DNA of 45,913 nucleotides from Escherichia coli. GTDB taxonomy: Bacteria > Pseudomonadota > Gammaproteobacteria > Enterobacterales > Enterobacteriaceae. Below are positions 23,305 to 35,865 of this stretch, in pieces (position 1 is the stretch's first letter; the number at the start of each line of letters is the position of its first letter). The notes below the pieces were generated by a model that ran no database searches, was not told where the DNA came from, and saw nothing but the letters and a program-made list of their open reading frames with translations. The stretch is taken from the NCBI RefSeq assembly GCF_003334785.1, contig NZ_QOWV01000023.1. One strand, 5' to 3'. The translations under genes were made by a program, and so were the position numbers.

Positions 23305-26106
23305 ATGCAGAACAGCGCTTTGAAAGCCTGGTTGGACTCTTCTTACCTCTCTGGCGCAAACCAGAGCTGGATAGAACAGCTCTATGAAGACTTCTTAACC
23401 GATCCTGACTCGGTTGACGCTAACTGGCGTTCGACGTTCCAGCAGTTACCTGGTACGGGAGTCAAACCGGATCAATTCCACTCTCAAACGCGTGAATATT
23501 TCCGCCGCCTGGCGAAAGACGCTTCACGTTACTCTTCAACGATCTCCGACCCTGACACCAATGTGAAGCAGGTTAAAGTCCTGCAGCTCATTAACGCATA
23601 CCGCTTCCGTGGTCACCAGCATGCGAATCTCGATCCGCTGGGACTGTGGCAGCAAGATAAAGTGGCCGATCTGGATCCGTCTTTCCACGATCTGACCGAA
23701 GCAGACTTCCAGGAGACCTTCAACGTCGGTTCATTTGCCAGCGGCAAAGAAACCATGAAACTCGGCGAGCTGCTGGAAGCCCTCAAGCAAACCTACTGCG
23801 GCCCGATTGGTGCCGAGTATATGCACATTACCAGCACCGAAGAAAAACGCTGGATCCAACAGCGTATCGAGTCTGGTCGCGCGACTTTCAATAGCGAAGA
23901 GAAAAAACGCTTCTTAAGCGAACTGACCGCCGCTGAAGGTCTTGAACGTTACCTCGGCGCAAAATTCCCTGGCGCAAAACGCTTCTCGCTGGAAGGCGGT
24001 GACGCGTTAATCCCGATGCTTAAAGAGATGATCCGCCACGCTGGCAACAGCGGCACCCGCGAAGTGGTTCTCGGGATGGCGCACCGTGGTCGTCTGAACG
24101 TGCTGGTGAACGTGCTGGGTAAAAAACCGCAAGACTTGTTCGACGAGTTCGCCGGTAAACATAAAGAACACCTCGGCACGGGTGACGTGAAATACCACAT
24201 GGGCTTCTCGTCTGACTTCCAGACCGATGGCGGCCTGGTGCACCTGGCGCTGGCGTTTAACCCGTCTCACCTTGAGATTGTAAGCCCGGTAGTTATCGGT
24301 TCTGTTCGTGCCCGTCTGGACAGACTTGATGAGCCGAGCAGCAACAAAGTGCTGCCAATCACCATCCACGGTGACGCCGCAGTGACCGGGCAGGGCGTGG
24401 TTCAGGAAACCCTGAACATGTCGAAAGCGCGTGGTTATGAAGTTGGCGGTACGGTACGTATCGTTATCAACAACCAGGTTGGTTTCACCACCTCTAATCC
24501 GCTGGATGCCCGTTCTACGCCGTACTGTACTGATATCGGTAAGATGGTTCAGGCCCCGATTTTCCACGTTAACGCGGACGATCCGGAAGCCGTTGCCTTT
24601 GTGACCCGTCTGGCGCTCGATTTCCGTAACACCTTTAAACGTGATGTCTTCATCGACCTGGTGTGCTACCGCCGTCACGGCCACAACGAAGCCGACGAGC
24701 CGAGCGCAACCCAGCCGCTGATGTATCAGAAAATCAAAAAACATCCGACACCGCGCAAAATCTACGCTGACAAGCTGGAGCAGGAAAAAGTGGCGACGCT
24801 GGAAGATGCCACCGAGATGGTTAACCTGTACCGCGATGCGCTGGATGCTGGCGATTGCGTAGTGGCAGAGTGGCGTCCGATGAACATGCACTCTTTCACC
24901 TGGTCGCCGTACCTCAACCACGAATGGGACGAAGAGTACCCGAACAAAGTTGAGATGAAGCGCCTGCAGGAGCTGGCGAAACGCATCAGCACGGTGCCGG
25001 AAGCAGTTGAAATGCAGTCTCGCGTTGCCAAGATTTATGGCGATCGCCAGGCGATGGCTGCCGGTGAGAAACTGTTCGACTGGGGCGGTGCGGAAAACCT
25101 CGCTTACGCCACGCTGGTTGATGAAGGCATTCCGGTTCGCCTGTCGGGTGAAGACTCCGGTCGCGGTACCTTCTTCCACCGCCACGCGGTGATCCACAAC
25201 CAGTCTAACGGTTCCACTTACACGCCGCTGCAACATATCCATAACGGGCAGGGCGCGTTCCGTGTCTGGGACTCCGTACTGTCTGAAGAAGCAGTGCTGG
25301 CGTTTGAATATGGTTATGCCACCGCAGAACCACGCACTCTGACCATCTGGGAAGCGCAGTTCGGTGACTTCGCCAACGGTGCGCAGGTGGTTATCGACCA
25401 GTTCATCTCCTCTGGCGAACAGAAATGGGGCCGGATGTGTGGTCTGGTGATGTTGCTGCCGCACGGTTACGAAGGGCAGGGGCCGGAGCACTCCTCCGCG
25501 CGTCTGGAACGTTATCTGCAACTTTGTGCTGAGCAAAACATGCAGGTTTGCGTACCGTCTACCCCGGCACAGGTTTACCACATGCTGCGTCGTCAGGCGC
25601 TGCGCGGGATGCGTCGTCCGCTGGTCGTGATGTCGCCGAAATCCCTGCTGCGTCATCCGCTGGCGGTTTCCAGCCTCGAAGAACTGGCGAACGGCACCTT
25701 CCTGCCAGCCATCGGTGAAATCGACGAGCTTGATCCGAAGGGCGTGAAGCGCGTAGTGATGTGTTCTGGTAAGGTTTATTACGACCTGCTGGAACAGCGT
25801 CGTAAGAACAATCAACACGATGTCGCCATTGTGCGTATCGAGCAACTCTACCCGTTCCCGCATAAAGCGATGCAGGAAGTGTTGCAGCAGTTTGCTCACG
25901 TCAAGGATTTTGTCTGGTGCCAGGAAGAGCCGCTCAACCAGGGCGCATGGTACTGCAGCCAGCATCATTTCCGTGAAGTGATTCCGTTTGGGGCTTCTCT
26001 GCGTTATGCAGGCCGCCCGGCCTCCGCCTCTCCGGCGGTAGGGTATATGTCCGTTCACCAGAAACAGCAACAAGATCTGGTTAATGACGCGCTGAACGTC
26101 GAATAA
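23305..26106 (+). CDS. sucA: 2-oxoglutarate dehydrogenase E1 component
   Basis: 933-aa ORF recognised as SucA. Confidence 0.97.
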   Translation: MQNSALKAWLDSSYLSGANQSWIEQLYEDFLTDPDSVDANWRSTFQQLPGTGVKPDQFHSQTREYFRRLAKDASRYSSTISDPDTNVKQVKVLQLINAYRFRGHQHANLDPLGLWQQDKVADLDPSFHDLTEADFQETFNVGSFASGKETMKLGELLEALKQTYCGPIGAEYMHITSTEEKRWIQQRIESGRATFNSEEKKRFLSELTAAEGLERYLGAKFPGAKRFSLEGGDALIPMLKEMIRHAGNSGTREVVLGMAHRGRLNVLVNVLGKKPQDLFDEFAGKHKEHLGTGDVKYHMGFSSDFQTDGGLVHLALAFNPSHLEIVSPVVIGSVRARLDRLDEPSSNKVLPITIHGDAAVTGQGVVQETLNMSKARGYEVGGTVRIVINNQVGFTTSNPLDARSTPYCTDIGKMVQAPIFHVNADDPEAVAFVTRLALDFRNTFKRDVFIDLVCYRRHGHNEADEPSATQPLMYQKIKKHPTPRKIYADKLEQEKVATLEDATEMVNLYRDALDAGDCVVAEWRPMNMHSFTWSPYLNHEWDEEYPNKVEMKRLQELAKRISTVPEAVEMQSRVAKIYGDRQAMAAGEKLFDWGGAENLAYATLVDEGIPVRLSGEDSGRGTFFHRHAVIHNQSNGSTYTPLQHIHNGQGAFRVWDSVLSEEAVLAFEYGYATAEPRTLTIWEAQFGDFANGAQVVIDQFISSGEQKWGRMCGLVMLLPHGYEGQGPEHSSARLERYLQLCAEQNMQVCVPSTPAQVYHMLRRQALRGMRRPLVVMSPKSLLRHPLAVSSLEELANGTFLPAIGEIDELDPKGVKRVVMCSGKVYYDLLEQRRKNNQHDVAIVRIEQLYPFPHKAMQEVLQQFAHVKDFVWCQEEPLNQGAWYCSQHHFREVIPFGASLRYAGRPASASPAVGYMSVHQKQQQDLVNDALNVE

Positions 26107-26120
26107 ATAAAGGATACACA

Positions 26121-27338
26121 ATGAGTAGCGTAGATATTCTGGTCCCTGACCTGCCTGAATCCGTAGCCGATGCCACCGTCGCAACCTGGCATAAAAAACC
26201 CGGCGACGCAGTCGTACGTGATGAAGTGCTGGTAGAAATCGAAACTGACAAAGTGGTACTGGAAGTACCGGCATCAGCAGACGGCATTCTGGATGCGGTT
26301 CTGGAAGATGAAGGTACAACGGTAACGTCTCGTCAGATCCTTGGTCGCCTGCGTGAAGGCAACAGCGCCGGTAAAGAAACCAGCGCCAAATCTGAAGAGA
26401 AAGCGTCCACTCCGGCGCAACGCCAGCAGGCGTCTCTGGAAGAGCAAAACAACGATGCGTTAAGCCCGGCGATCCGTCGCCTGCTGGCTGAACACAATCT
26501 CGACGCCAGCGCCATTAAAGGCACCGGTGTGGGTGGTCGTCTGACTCGTGAAGATGTGGAAAAACATCTGGCGAAAGCCCCGGCGAAAGAGTCTGCTCCG
26601 GCAGCGGCTGCTCCGGCGGCGCAACCGGCTCTGGCTGCACGTAGTGAAAAACGTGTCCCGATGACTCGCCTGCGTAAGCGTGTGGCAGAGCGTCTGCTGG
26701 AAGCGAAAAACTCCACCGCCATGCTGACCACGTTCAACGAAGTCAACATGAAGCCGATTATGGATCTGCGTAAGCAGTACGGTGAAGCGTTTGAAAAACG
26801 CCACGGCATCCGTCTGGGCTTTATGTCCTTCTACGTGAAAGCGGTGGTTGAAGCCCTGAAACGTTACCCGGAAGTGAACGCTTCTATCGACGGCGATGAC
26901 GTGGTTTACCACAACTATTTCGACGTCAGCATGGCGGTTTCTACGCCGCGCGGCCTGGTGACGCCGGTTCTGCGTGATGTCGATACCCTCGGCATGGCAG
27001 ACATCGAGAAGAAAATCAAAGAGCTGGCAGTCAAAGGCCGTGACGGCAAGCTGACCGTTGAAGATCTGACCGGTGGTAACTTCACCATCACCAACGGTGG
27101 TGTGTTCGGTTCCCTGATGTCTACGCCGATCATCAACCCGCCGCAGAGCGCAATTCTGGGTATGCACGCTATCAAAGATCGTCCGATGGCGGTGAATGGT
27201 CAGGTTGAGATCCTGCCGATGATGTACCTGGCGCTGTCCTACGATCACCGTCTGATCGATGGTCGCGAATCCGTGGGCTTCCTGGTAACGATCAAAGAGT
27301 TGCTGGAAGATCCGACGCGTCTGCTGCTGGACGTGTAG
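26121..27338 (+). CDS. sucB: Dihydrolipoyllysine-residue succinyltransferase (E2 of 2-oxoglutarate dehydrogenase)
   Basis: 405-aa ORF with lipoyl domain (...ETDKVVLEV...) and Ala/Pro-rich linker. Confidence 0.97.
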
Positions 27339-27360
27339 TAGTTTAAGTTTCACCTGCACT

Positions 27361-27625
27361 GTAGACCGGATAAGGCATTATCGCCTTCTCCGGCAATTGA
27401 AGCCTGATGCGACGCTGACGCGTCTTATCAGGCCTACGGGACCACCAATGTAGGTCGGATAAGGCGCTAGCGCCGCATCCGACAAGCGATGCCTGATGTG
27501 ACGGTTAACGTGTCTTATCAGGCCTACGGGGACCACCAATGTAGGTCGGATAAGGCGCAAGCGCCGCATCCGACAAGCGATGCCTGATGTGACGTTTAAC
27601 GTGTCTTATCAGGCCTACGGGTGAC
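27361..27625. repeat. Tandem BIME array of REP pairs: ~90-bp unit, ~2.4 copies
   Basis: Units at 27402-27490, 27491-27581 and partial 27582-27621, each GCCTGATG(C/T)GACG...GTCTTATCAGGCCTACGGG...CCACCAATGTAGGTCGGATAAGGCGC.AGCGCCGCATCCGACAAGCGAT. Confidence 0.8.
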
Positions 27626-27703
27626 CGACAATGCCCGGAAGCGATACGAAATATTCGGTCTACGGTTTAAAAGATAACGATTACTGAAGGATGGACAGAA
27701 CAC

Positions 27704-28870
27704 ATGAACTTACATGAATATCAGGCAAAACAACTTTTTGCCCGCTATGGCTTACCAGCACCGGTGGGTTATGCCTGTACTACTCCGCGCGAAGCAGAAG
27801 AAGCCGCTTCAAAAATCGGTGCCGGTCCGTGGGTAGTGAAATGTCAGGTTCACGCTGGTGGCCGCGGTAAAGCGGGCGGTGTGAAAGTTGTAAACAGCAA
27901 AGAAGACATCCGTGCTTTTGCAGAAAACTGGCTGGGCAAGCGTCTGGTAACGTATCAAACAGATGCCAATGGCCAACCGGTTAACCAGATTCTGGTTGAA
28001 GCAGCGACCGATATCGCTAAAGAGCTGTATCTCGGTGCCGTTGTTGACCGTAGTTCCCGTCGTGTGGTCTTTATGGCCTCCACCGAAGGCGGCGTGGAAA
28101 TCGAAAAAGTGGCGGAAGAAACTCCGCACCTGATCCATAAAGTTGCGCTTGATCCGCTGACTGGCCCGATGCCGTATCAGGGACGCGAGCTGGCGTTCAA
28201 ACTGGGTCTGGAAGGTAAACTGGTTCAGCAGTTCACCAAAATCTTCATGGGCCTGGCGACCATTTTCCTGGAGCGCGACCTGGCGTTGATCGAAATCAAC
28301 CCGCTGGTCATCACCAAACAGGGCGATCTGATTTGCCTCGACGGCAAACTGGGCGCTGACGGCAACGCACTGTTCCGCCAGCCTGATCTGCGCGAAATGC
28401 GTGACCAGTCGCAGGAAGATCCGCGTGAAGCACAGGCTGCACAGTGGGAACTGAACTACGTTGCGCTGGACGGTAACATCGGTTGTATGGTTAACGGCGC
28501 AGGTCTGGCGATGGGTACGATGGACATCGTTAAACTGCACGGCGGCGAACCGGCTAACTTCCTTGACGTTGGCGGCGGCGCAACCAAAGAACGTGTAACC
28601 GAAGCGTTCAAAATCATCCTCTCTGACGACAAAGTGAAAGCCGTTCTGGTTAACATCTTCGGCGGTATCGTTCGTTGCGACCTGATCGCTGACGGTATCA
28701 TCGGCGCGGTAGCAGAAGTGGGTGTTAACGTACCGGTCGTGGTACGTCTGGAAGGTAACAACGCCGAACTCGGCGCGAAGAAACTGGCTGACAGCGGCCT
28801 GAATATTATTGCAGCAAAAGGTCTGACGGATGCAGCTCAGCAGGTTGTTGCCGCAGTGGAGGGGAAATAA
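27704..28870 (+). CDS. sucC: Succinyl-CoA synthetase beta subunit
   Basis: 388-aa ORF ([18 protein letters not shown]...), stop overlaps sucD start (TAATG). Confidence 0.97.
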
Positions 28871-29739
28871 TGTCCATTTTAATCGATAAAAACACCAAGG
28901 TTATCTGCCAGGGCTTTACCGGTAGCCAGGGGACTTTCCACTCAGAACAGGCCATTGCATACGGCACTAAAATGGTTGGCGGCGTAACCCCAGGTAAAGG
29001 CGGCACCACCCACCTCGGCCTGCCGGTGTTCAACACCGTGCGTGAAGCCGTTGCTGCCACTGGCGCTACCGCTTCTGTTATCTACGTACCAGCACCGTTC
29101 TGCAAAGACTCCATTCTGGAAGCCATCGACGCAGGCATCAAACTGATTATCACCATCACTGAAGGCATCCCGACGCTGGATATGCTGACCGTGAAAGTGA
29201 AGCTGGATGAAGCAGGCGTTCGTATGATCGGCCCGAACTGCCCAGGCGTTATCACTCCGGGTGAATGCAAAATCGGTATCCAGCCTGGTCACATTCACAA
29301 ACCGGGTAAAGTGGGTATCGTTTCCCGTTCCGGTACACTGACCTATGAAGCGGTTAAACAGACCACGGATTACGGTTTCGGTCAGTCGACCTGTGTCGGT
29401 ATCGGCGGTGACCCGATCCCGGGCTCTAACTTTATCGACATTCTCGAAATGTTCGAAAAAGATCCGCAGACCGAAGCGATCGTGATGATCGGTGAGATCG
29501 GCGGTAGCGCTGAAGAAGAAGCAGCTGCGTACATCAAAGAGCACGTTACCAAGCCAGTTGTGGGTTACATCGCTGGTGTGACTGCGCCGAAAGGCAAACG
29601 TATGGGCCACGCGGGTGCCATCATTGCCGGTGGGAAAGGGACTGCGGATGAGAAATTCGCTGCTCTGGAAGCCGCAGGCGTGAAAACCGTTCGCAGCCTG
29701 GCGGATATCGGTGAAGCACTGAAAACTGTTCTGAAATAA
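28870..29739 (+). CDS. sucD: Succinyl-CoA synthetase alpha subunit
   Basis: 289-aa ORF ([28 protein letters not shown]...). Confidence 0.97.
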
Positions 29740-29838
29740 ATATCTGTAATAAGAAATAGCCCTCGCCGCTTCCCTCTACAGGAATGGCGAAGGGCTGTCG
29801 GTTTCGACATGGTTGGCCATCGTATGATGGCCTTTTTT
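29740..29838 (+). ncRNA. sdhX: 3'-UTR-derived small RNA of the sdh-suc operon (SdhX/RybD-like); boundaries approximate
   Basis: ~100 nt between sucD stop and terminator containing stem GCCCTCGCC/GGCGAAGGGC and a terminal hairpin; identity from remembered literature on a 3'-UTR sRNA downstream of sucD. Confidence 0.5.
29815..29838 (+). terminator. Intrinsic terminator of the sdh-suc operon
   Basis: Hairpin GGCCATC/GATGGCC (29815-29821 with 29826-29832) followed by TTTTTT (29833-29838); sits directly against the convergent mngR stop (29843). Confidence 0.7.
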
Positions 29839-29842
29839 GTGC

Positions 29843-30565
29843 TTATCGCGATGATTTTCGCTGCGCTATCAGGGTAAATTTATAGTCATCGGTATTAAAA
29901 GCGTTGCGGCTATATTCAAACACCCGACCATCAACTAAATATCCACGCGATACTTTTTCAAGAATCGGCTTTGTCTGGCTGATATTAAGCAGACGGCTCA
30001 TCTCTTCGGTTGGCATCAGAGGAATGATTTCCTGTTCGCTACGATCGATAACCATTTTCTTCACTTCTTCGATAAAGTGATATTTCGAATTTTCCATGAC
30101 CTGCCAGGTGAGATCCGGGAACAACGCAAGCGGCATCCAGGTTTCTTCCAGCGCCATTGGCTTTTGCTTGCGATAGCGCACGCGCTTCACATGCCACACA
30201 CGATCCTGCGGGGTGATTTGTAGCTGTTGCTGAAGAAAATCGTCAGCCGGAATCACTTCGAATATCAGAACTTCACTGTGTGTATCGACGTGACGGTCCG
30301 ACAGTTTTTCATCAAAACTGGTTAACTGAAAAATATCGTAATTGACCCGCTCTTCTTTGACGTAAGTCCCGCTGCCCTGAATGCTTTCGAGGATCTGCTG
30401 CTCGACTAGCTGGCGCAAAGCCTGACGCACCGTAACCCGGCTGACGCCAAACTCTGTTTGTAGCGCTGATTCAGTGGGTAACGCATCGCCAGGTTTAAGC
30501 TCGCCACGCGCAATTTGTTCACGAATGCGATCGGCAATCTGCCGGTATAAGGGCTTGTGTCCCAT
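29843..30565 (-). CDS. mngR: GntR/HutC-family transcriptional repressor of mannosyl-D-glycerate utilisation
   Basis: 240-aa ORF; N-terminal winged-HTH (...EFGVSRVTVRQALRQL...) plus UTRA-type C-terminus; formerly farR. Confidence 0.9.
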   Translation of the reverse strand: MGHKPLYRQIADRIREQIARGELKPGDALPTESALQTEFGVSRVTVRQALRQLVEQQILESIQGSGTYVKEERVNYDIFQLTSFDEKLSDRHVDTHSEVLIFEVIPADDFLQQQLQITPQDRVWHVKRVRYRKQKPMALEETWMPLALFPDLTWQVMENSKYHFIEEVKKMVIDRSEQEIIPLMPTEEMSRLLNISQTKPILEKVSRGYLVDGRVFEYSRNAFNTDDYKFTLIAQRKSSR

Positions 30566-30673
30566 TTTTAGTATCTCATTAATACGAATTTAACCATTAT
30601 GCCCGATAAATTCATCCTGTAAATAATACAAATACAACACAAATAATTTCAATCAAGTGAAATTGATCACATA

Positions 30674-32650
30674 ATGGTATTGTTTTATCGGGCACACTGG
30701 CGCGACTATAAAAACGATCAAGTGAGGATCATGATGAATCTGACGACTCTGACCCACCGCGATGCGTTGTGTCTGAATGCGCGCTTTACCAGCCGTGAAG
30801 AGGCCATCCACGCGTTGACTCAACGTCTTGCTGCTCTGGGGAAAATTTCCAGTACTGAGCAATTTCTGGAAGAAGTGTATCGCCGTGAAAGCCTTGGCCC
30901 GACCGCCTTAGGTGAAGGGTTGGCTGTGCCGCATGGCAAAACTGCTGCGGTAAAAGAAGCGGCGTTTGCGGTCGCCACACTCAGCGAGCCGCTTCAGTGG
31001 GAAGGCGTTGATGGCCCGGAAGCAGTTGATTTAGTGGTGCTGCTGGCGATTCCCCCCAATGAAGCGGGTACTACGCATATGCAACTGCTGACAGCGCTGA
31101 CCACGCGCCTTGCGGATGATGAGATTCGGGCGCGTATACAGTCGGCGACGACGCCTGATGAGTTGCTCTCGGCGCTGGATGACAAGGGAGGCACGCAACC
31201 TTCTGCCTCTTTTTCCAACGCGCCAACTATCGTCTGCGTAACGGCCTGTCCGGCGGGTATTGCTCACACCTATATGGCTGCGGAATATCTGGAAAAAGCC
31301 GGACGCAAACTCGGCGTAAATGTTTACGTTGAAAAACAAGGCGCTAACGGCATTGAAGGGCGTTTAACGGCGGATCAACTCAATAGTGCAACCGCCTGTA
31401 TTTTTGCGGCTGAAGTCGCCATCAAGGAGAGTGAGCGTTTTAATGGCATTCCCGCGCTTTCAGTGCCTGTTGCCGAGCCGATTCGCCATGCAGAAGCGTT
31501 GATCCAACAAGCGCTTACCCTCAAGCGTAGCGATGAGACGCGTACCGTACAGCAAGATACGCAACCGGTGAAAAGTGTCAAAACGGAGCTGAAACAGGCA
31601 CTGTTGAGCGGAATCTCTTTTGCCGTACCGTTGATTGTCGCGGGGGGCACGGTGCTGGCGGTCGCGGTATTACTGTCGCAAATCTTCGGGCTACAAGATC
31701 TGTTTAATGAAGAAAACTCCTGGCTGTGGATGTACCGCAAGCTGGGCGGCGGGCTGCTCGGAATTTTGATGGTACCGGTGCTCGCGGCCTATACCGCCTA
31801 TTCTCTGGCAGATAAACCGGCGTTAGCGCCAGGCTTTGCGGCTGGACTTGCCGCCAACATGATCGGCTCCGGGTTTCTCGGCGCGGTCGTTGGCGGATTG
31901 ATAGCCGGTTACTTGATGCGCTGGGTGAAAAATCACTTGCGTCTTAGCAGTAAATTCAATGGATTCCTGACTTTTTATCTCTACCCGGTGCTCGGTACGT
32001 TGGGAGCGGGCAGTCTGATGCTGTTTGTGGTGGGGGAACCTGTCGCCTGGATCAATAACTCGCTTACCGCCTGGCTGAACGGTCTGTCAGGAAGTAACGC
32101 GCTGTTGCTGGGTGCCATTCTCGGTTTTATGTGTTCCTTTGACCTTGGAGGGCCAGTGAATAAAGCCGCTTATGCATTCTGCCTGGGCGCAATGGCGAAC
32201 GGCGTTTACGGCCCGTATGCCATTTTCGCATCCGTCAAAATGGTTTCGGCATTTACCGTAACCGCTTCCACGATGCTCGCACCGCGCCTGTTTAAAGAGT
32301 TTGAAATTGAGACCGGGAAATCCACCTGGCTGTTAGGGCTGGCAGGTATTACCGAAGGGGCGATCCCGATGGCGATTGAAGATCCGCTGCGGGTTATTGG
32401 TTCGTTTGTGCTGGGCTCTATGGTAACGGGCGCTATTGTCGGTGCGATGAATATCGGCCTTTCGACACCCGGTGCCGGCATTTTCTCGCTCTTTTTACTT
32501 CATGATAATGGCGCGGGCGGTGTTATGGCGGCAATTGGCTGGTTTGGCGCGGCATTGGTGGGGGCTGCAATCTCGACTGCAATTCTCCTGATGTGGCGGC
32601 GTCACGCGGTTAAGCATGGCAACTATCTGACTGATGGCGTAATGCCATAA
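30674..32650 (+). CDS. mngA: PTS 2-O-alpha-mannosyl-D-glycerate-specific EIIABC component
   Basis: 658-aa ORF as in the track; EIIA-like N-terminal region then EIIB/EIIC membrane domain. An alternative start at 30734 has the better ribosome-binding site (see findings). Confidence 0.88.
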
Positions 32651-32667
32651 ACAAAAAGGAAACGACG

Positions 32668-35301
32668 ATGAAAGCAGTATCTCGCGTTCACATCACCCCG
32701 CATATGCACTGGGATCGAGAGTGGTATTTCACCACCGAAGAGTCACGTATTCTGCTGGTCAATAATATGGAAGAGATCCTGTGCCGACTGGAACAGGACA
32801 ACGAATACAAATATTACGTACTCGACGGGCAAACGGCGATCCTCGAAGATTATTTCGCGGTGAAACCGGAAAACAAAGACCGTGTGAAGAAACAGGTAGA
32901 AGCCGGCAAGTTGATTATCGGCCCCTGGTATACCCAGACCGATACCACGATTGTTTCTGCGGAATCCATCGTCCGTAATCTGATGTACGGAATGCGTGAC
33001 TGCCTCGCGTTTGGCGAGCCGATGAAAATAGGTTATTTACCAGATTCCTTTGGCATGTCCGGGCAACTGCCGCATATCTACAATGGATTTGGCATTACCC
33101 GCACCATGTTCTGGCGCGGATGTTCGGAGCGCCACGGTACTGATAAAACCGAGTTTTTGTGGCAAAGCAGTGACGGTAGCGAAGTGACGGCGCAGGTGCT
33201 GCCGCTGGGCTACGCCATCGGTAAGTACTTACCTGCCGACGAAAACGGATTACGTAAACGCCTCGACAGTTATTTTGACGTGCTGGAAAAAGCGTCTGTA
33301 ACCAAAGAGATTTTGCTGCCGAATGGGCATGACCAGATGCCATTGCAGCAAAATATCTTCGAAGTGATGGATAAGCTACGTGAGATCTACCCTCAACGTA
33401 AGTTTGTGATGAGCCGCTTTGAAGAGGTATTTGAGAAGATCGAAGCGCAGCGAGATAATCTGGCAACCCTGAAAGGGGAATTTATTGATGGCAAATATAT
33501 GCGCGTGCATCGCACCATCGGTTCTACGCGTATGGATATCAAAATTGCCCACGCGCGTATTGAAAATAAGATTGTTAATCTGCTGGAACCGCTGGCAACA
33601 CTGGCCTGGACGTTGGGTTTTGAATACCACCACGGCTTGCTGGAGAAAATGTGGAAAGAGATCTTAAAAAATCATGCCCACGACAGTATCGGCTGCTGCT
33701 GTAGTGACAAAGTTCATCGCGAAATCGTCGCCCGCTTCGAACTGGCTGAAGACATGGCGGATAATCTGATTCGTTTCTACATGCGCAAAATTGCCGACAA
33801 CATGCCGCAGAGCGACGCCGACAAACTCGTCCTGTTTAACCTGATGCCCTGGCCGCGTGAAGAAGTTATCAACACCACTGTGCGGCTGCGCGCCAGCCAG
33901 TTTAATTTGCGGGACGATCGCGGTCAGCCTGTACCGTATTTTATTCGCCATGCCCGTGAGATCGATCCAGGCCTAATCGATCGGCAAATAGTTCATTACG
34001 GTAATTACGATCCCTTTATGGAGTTTGATATACAGATCAACCAGATTGTCCCTTCTATGGGCTATCGCACGCTTTATATCGAAGCGAATCAGCCTGGCAA
34101 CGTAATTGCGGCAAAAAGTGACGCTGAAGGGATACTGGAAAATGCTTTCTGGCAAATTGCGCTCAATGAGGATGGTTCTCTGCAACTGGTAGATAAAGAC
34201 AGCGGTGTGCGCTATGACCGGGTATTGCAAATTGAAGAAAGCTCTGATGATGGTGATGAATATGACTATTCACCCGCAAAAGAAGAGTGGGTAATTACCG
34301 CAGCGAACGCGAAACCGCAATGCGATATTATTCATGAAGCCTGGCAGAGCAGGGCTGTTATCCGCTATGACATGGCAGTGCCGCTCAATTTGTCAGAACG
34401 CAGCGCCCGGCAATCCACTGGCAGAGTAGGGGTGGTGTTGGTTGTCACTCTTAGTCATAACAGCAGGCGTATTGATGTGGATATCAATCTTGATAACCAG
34501 GCTGACGATCATCGCCTTCGTGTCCTGGTCCCTACACCTTTTAACACCGACAGTGTTCTGGCAGATACGCAGTTTGGTTCGCTAACGCGCCCCGTGAACG
34601 ACAGTGCAATGAACAACTGGCAGCAAGAAGGCTGGAAAGAAGCGCCGGTTCCGGTATGGAATATGCTCAACTATGTTGCCTTACAGGAAGGGCGTAACGG
34701 CATGGCTGTCTTTAGCGAAGGGTTACGTGAATTTGAAGTCATCGGTGAAGAGAAGAAAACCTTTGCCATTACGTTGCTGCGTGGCGTGGGCTTACTGGGC
34801 AAAGAAGATCTGCTTTTAAGGCCTGGGCGGCCTTCGGGAATTAAAATGCCAGTCCCGGACTCACAACTACGTGGTCTGCTTTCTTGTCGCCTAAGTTTAT
34901 TGAGTTATACCGGTACGCCAACCGCCGCTGGTGTAGCTCAGCAGGCGCGAGCATGGCTGACTCCAGTACAGTGTTACAACAAAATCCCATGGGATGTGAT
35001 GAAGCTCAACAAAGCCGGATTCAACGTGCCGGAAAGTTATAGTTTGTTGAAAATGCCCCCAGTGGGATGCCTGATAAGCGCACTTAAGAAAGCTGAAGAC
35101 CGACAAGAAGTGATTTTACGGCTGTTTAATCCGGCTGAATCAGCAACCTGTGATGCGACTGTTGCTTTCAGTCGCGAGGTGATTTCTTGCTCAGAAACGA
35201 TGATGGATGAACACATTACCACCGAGGAAAATCAAGGTTCAAATCTATCGGGGCCTTTTTTACCCGGCCAGTCACGGACGTTCAGTTACCGGCTTGCCTG
35301 A
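32668..35301 (+). CDS. mngB: Alpha-mannosidase (GH38) acting on mannosyl-D-glycerate 6-phosphate
   Basis: 877-aa ORF recognised as GH38 alpha-mannosidase. Confidence 0.92.
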
Positions 35302-35799
35302 ATAGCAATCAAACCGAAGCCACATATGCGCGGCCAGATTGTTGACAAAGGGCGCTTTGTTCATGCCGGATACGGCATGAACGCTTTATTCGGTCTACAA
35401 AAGCAGGCAAATTCAATATATTGCAGAGATGATGTAGACACTGGCAAGCGTAGCGCATCAGGTAATTTTGCGTTTATCTTCACTCTCAAGCCACGTATAT
35501 GTGGCTTTATTTTTAACAAAATAATAACCCTGGGTGAGTTAATTATAATATAATTATAAGTTAACTAAATGTTAATATTGGCGGGGTGGATTTATGCCTT
35601 TATTAGTAATCCTGAAACTCTGCGTCGTATTAGCCAGTGACCAAAAAAAGAATTAAGGTCAACCGTGCTGTTTTTGCTTCGTCTCTTTTTATCTTTAATT
35701 GCCAACCGAAACTAATTTCAGCCTTATAACTCACACATTTTAAACATAAATGTCACTAAAGTTACCTTATTGAAACATGATTAACATAATTTGTAGGAA

Positions 35800-35813
35800 T
35801 TGATATTTATCAA
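35800..35813. promoter_or_regulatory. FNR-type binding site (perfect TTGAT-N4-ATCAA) upstream of cydA
   Basis: TTGATATTTATCAA read directly from the sequence. Confidence 0.6.
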
Positions 35814-35851
35814 TGTATAAGTCTTGGAAATGGGCATCAAAAAGAGATAAA

Positions 35852-35865
35852 TTGTTCTCGATCAA
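35852..35865. promoter_or_regulatory. Second FNR-type site (TTGTT-N4-ATCAA), 52 bp downstream of the first
   Basis: TTGTTCTCGATCAA; centre-to-centre spacing of 52 bp fits a tandem FNR arrangement. Confidence 0.5.

Noticed and set aside
24007-26319. 770-aa ORF on the minus strand inside sucA, plus smaller antisense ORFs within sucA, sucB, sucC and sucD
   Set aside because: Same reasoning: shadow ORFs of highly expressed TCA genes with Arg/His-rich low-complexity translations typical of antisense reading.
27361-27625. Possible CRISPR array, given regularly spaced palindromic repeats
   Set aside because: The units are contiguous REP/BIME elements with no unique spacers between them; no cas genes nearby; the same REP consensus recurs at 5552-5660 and 23006-23126.
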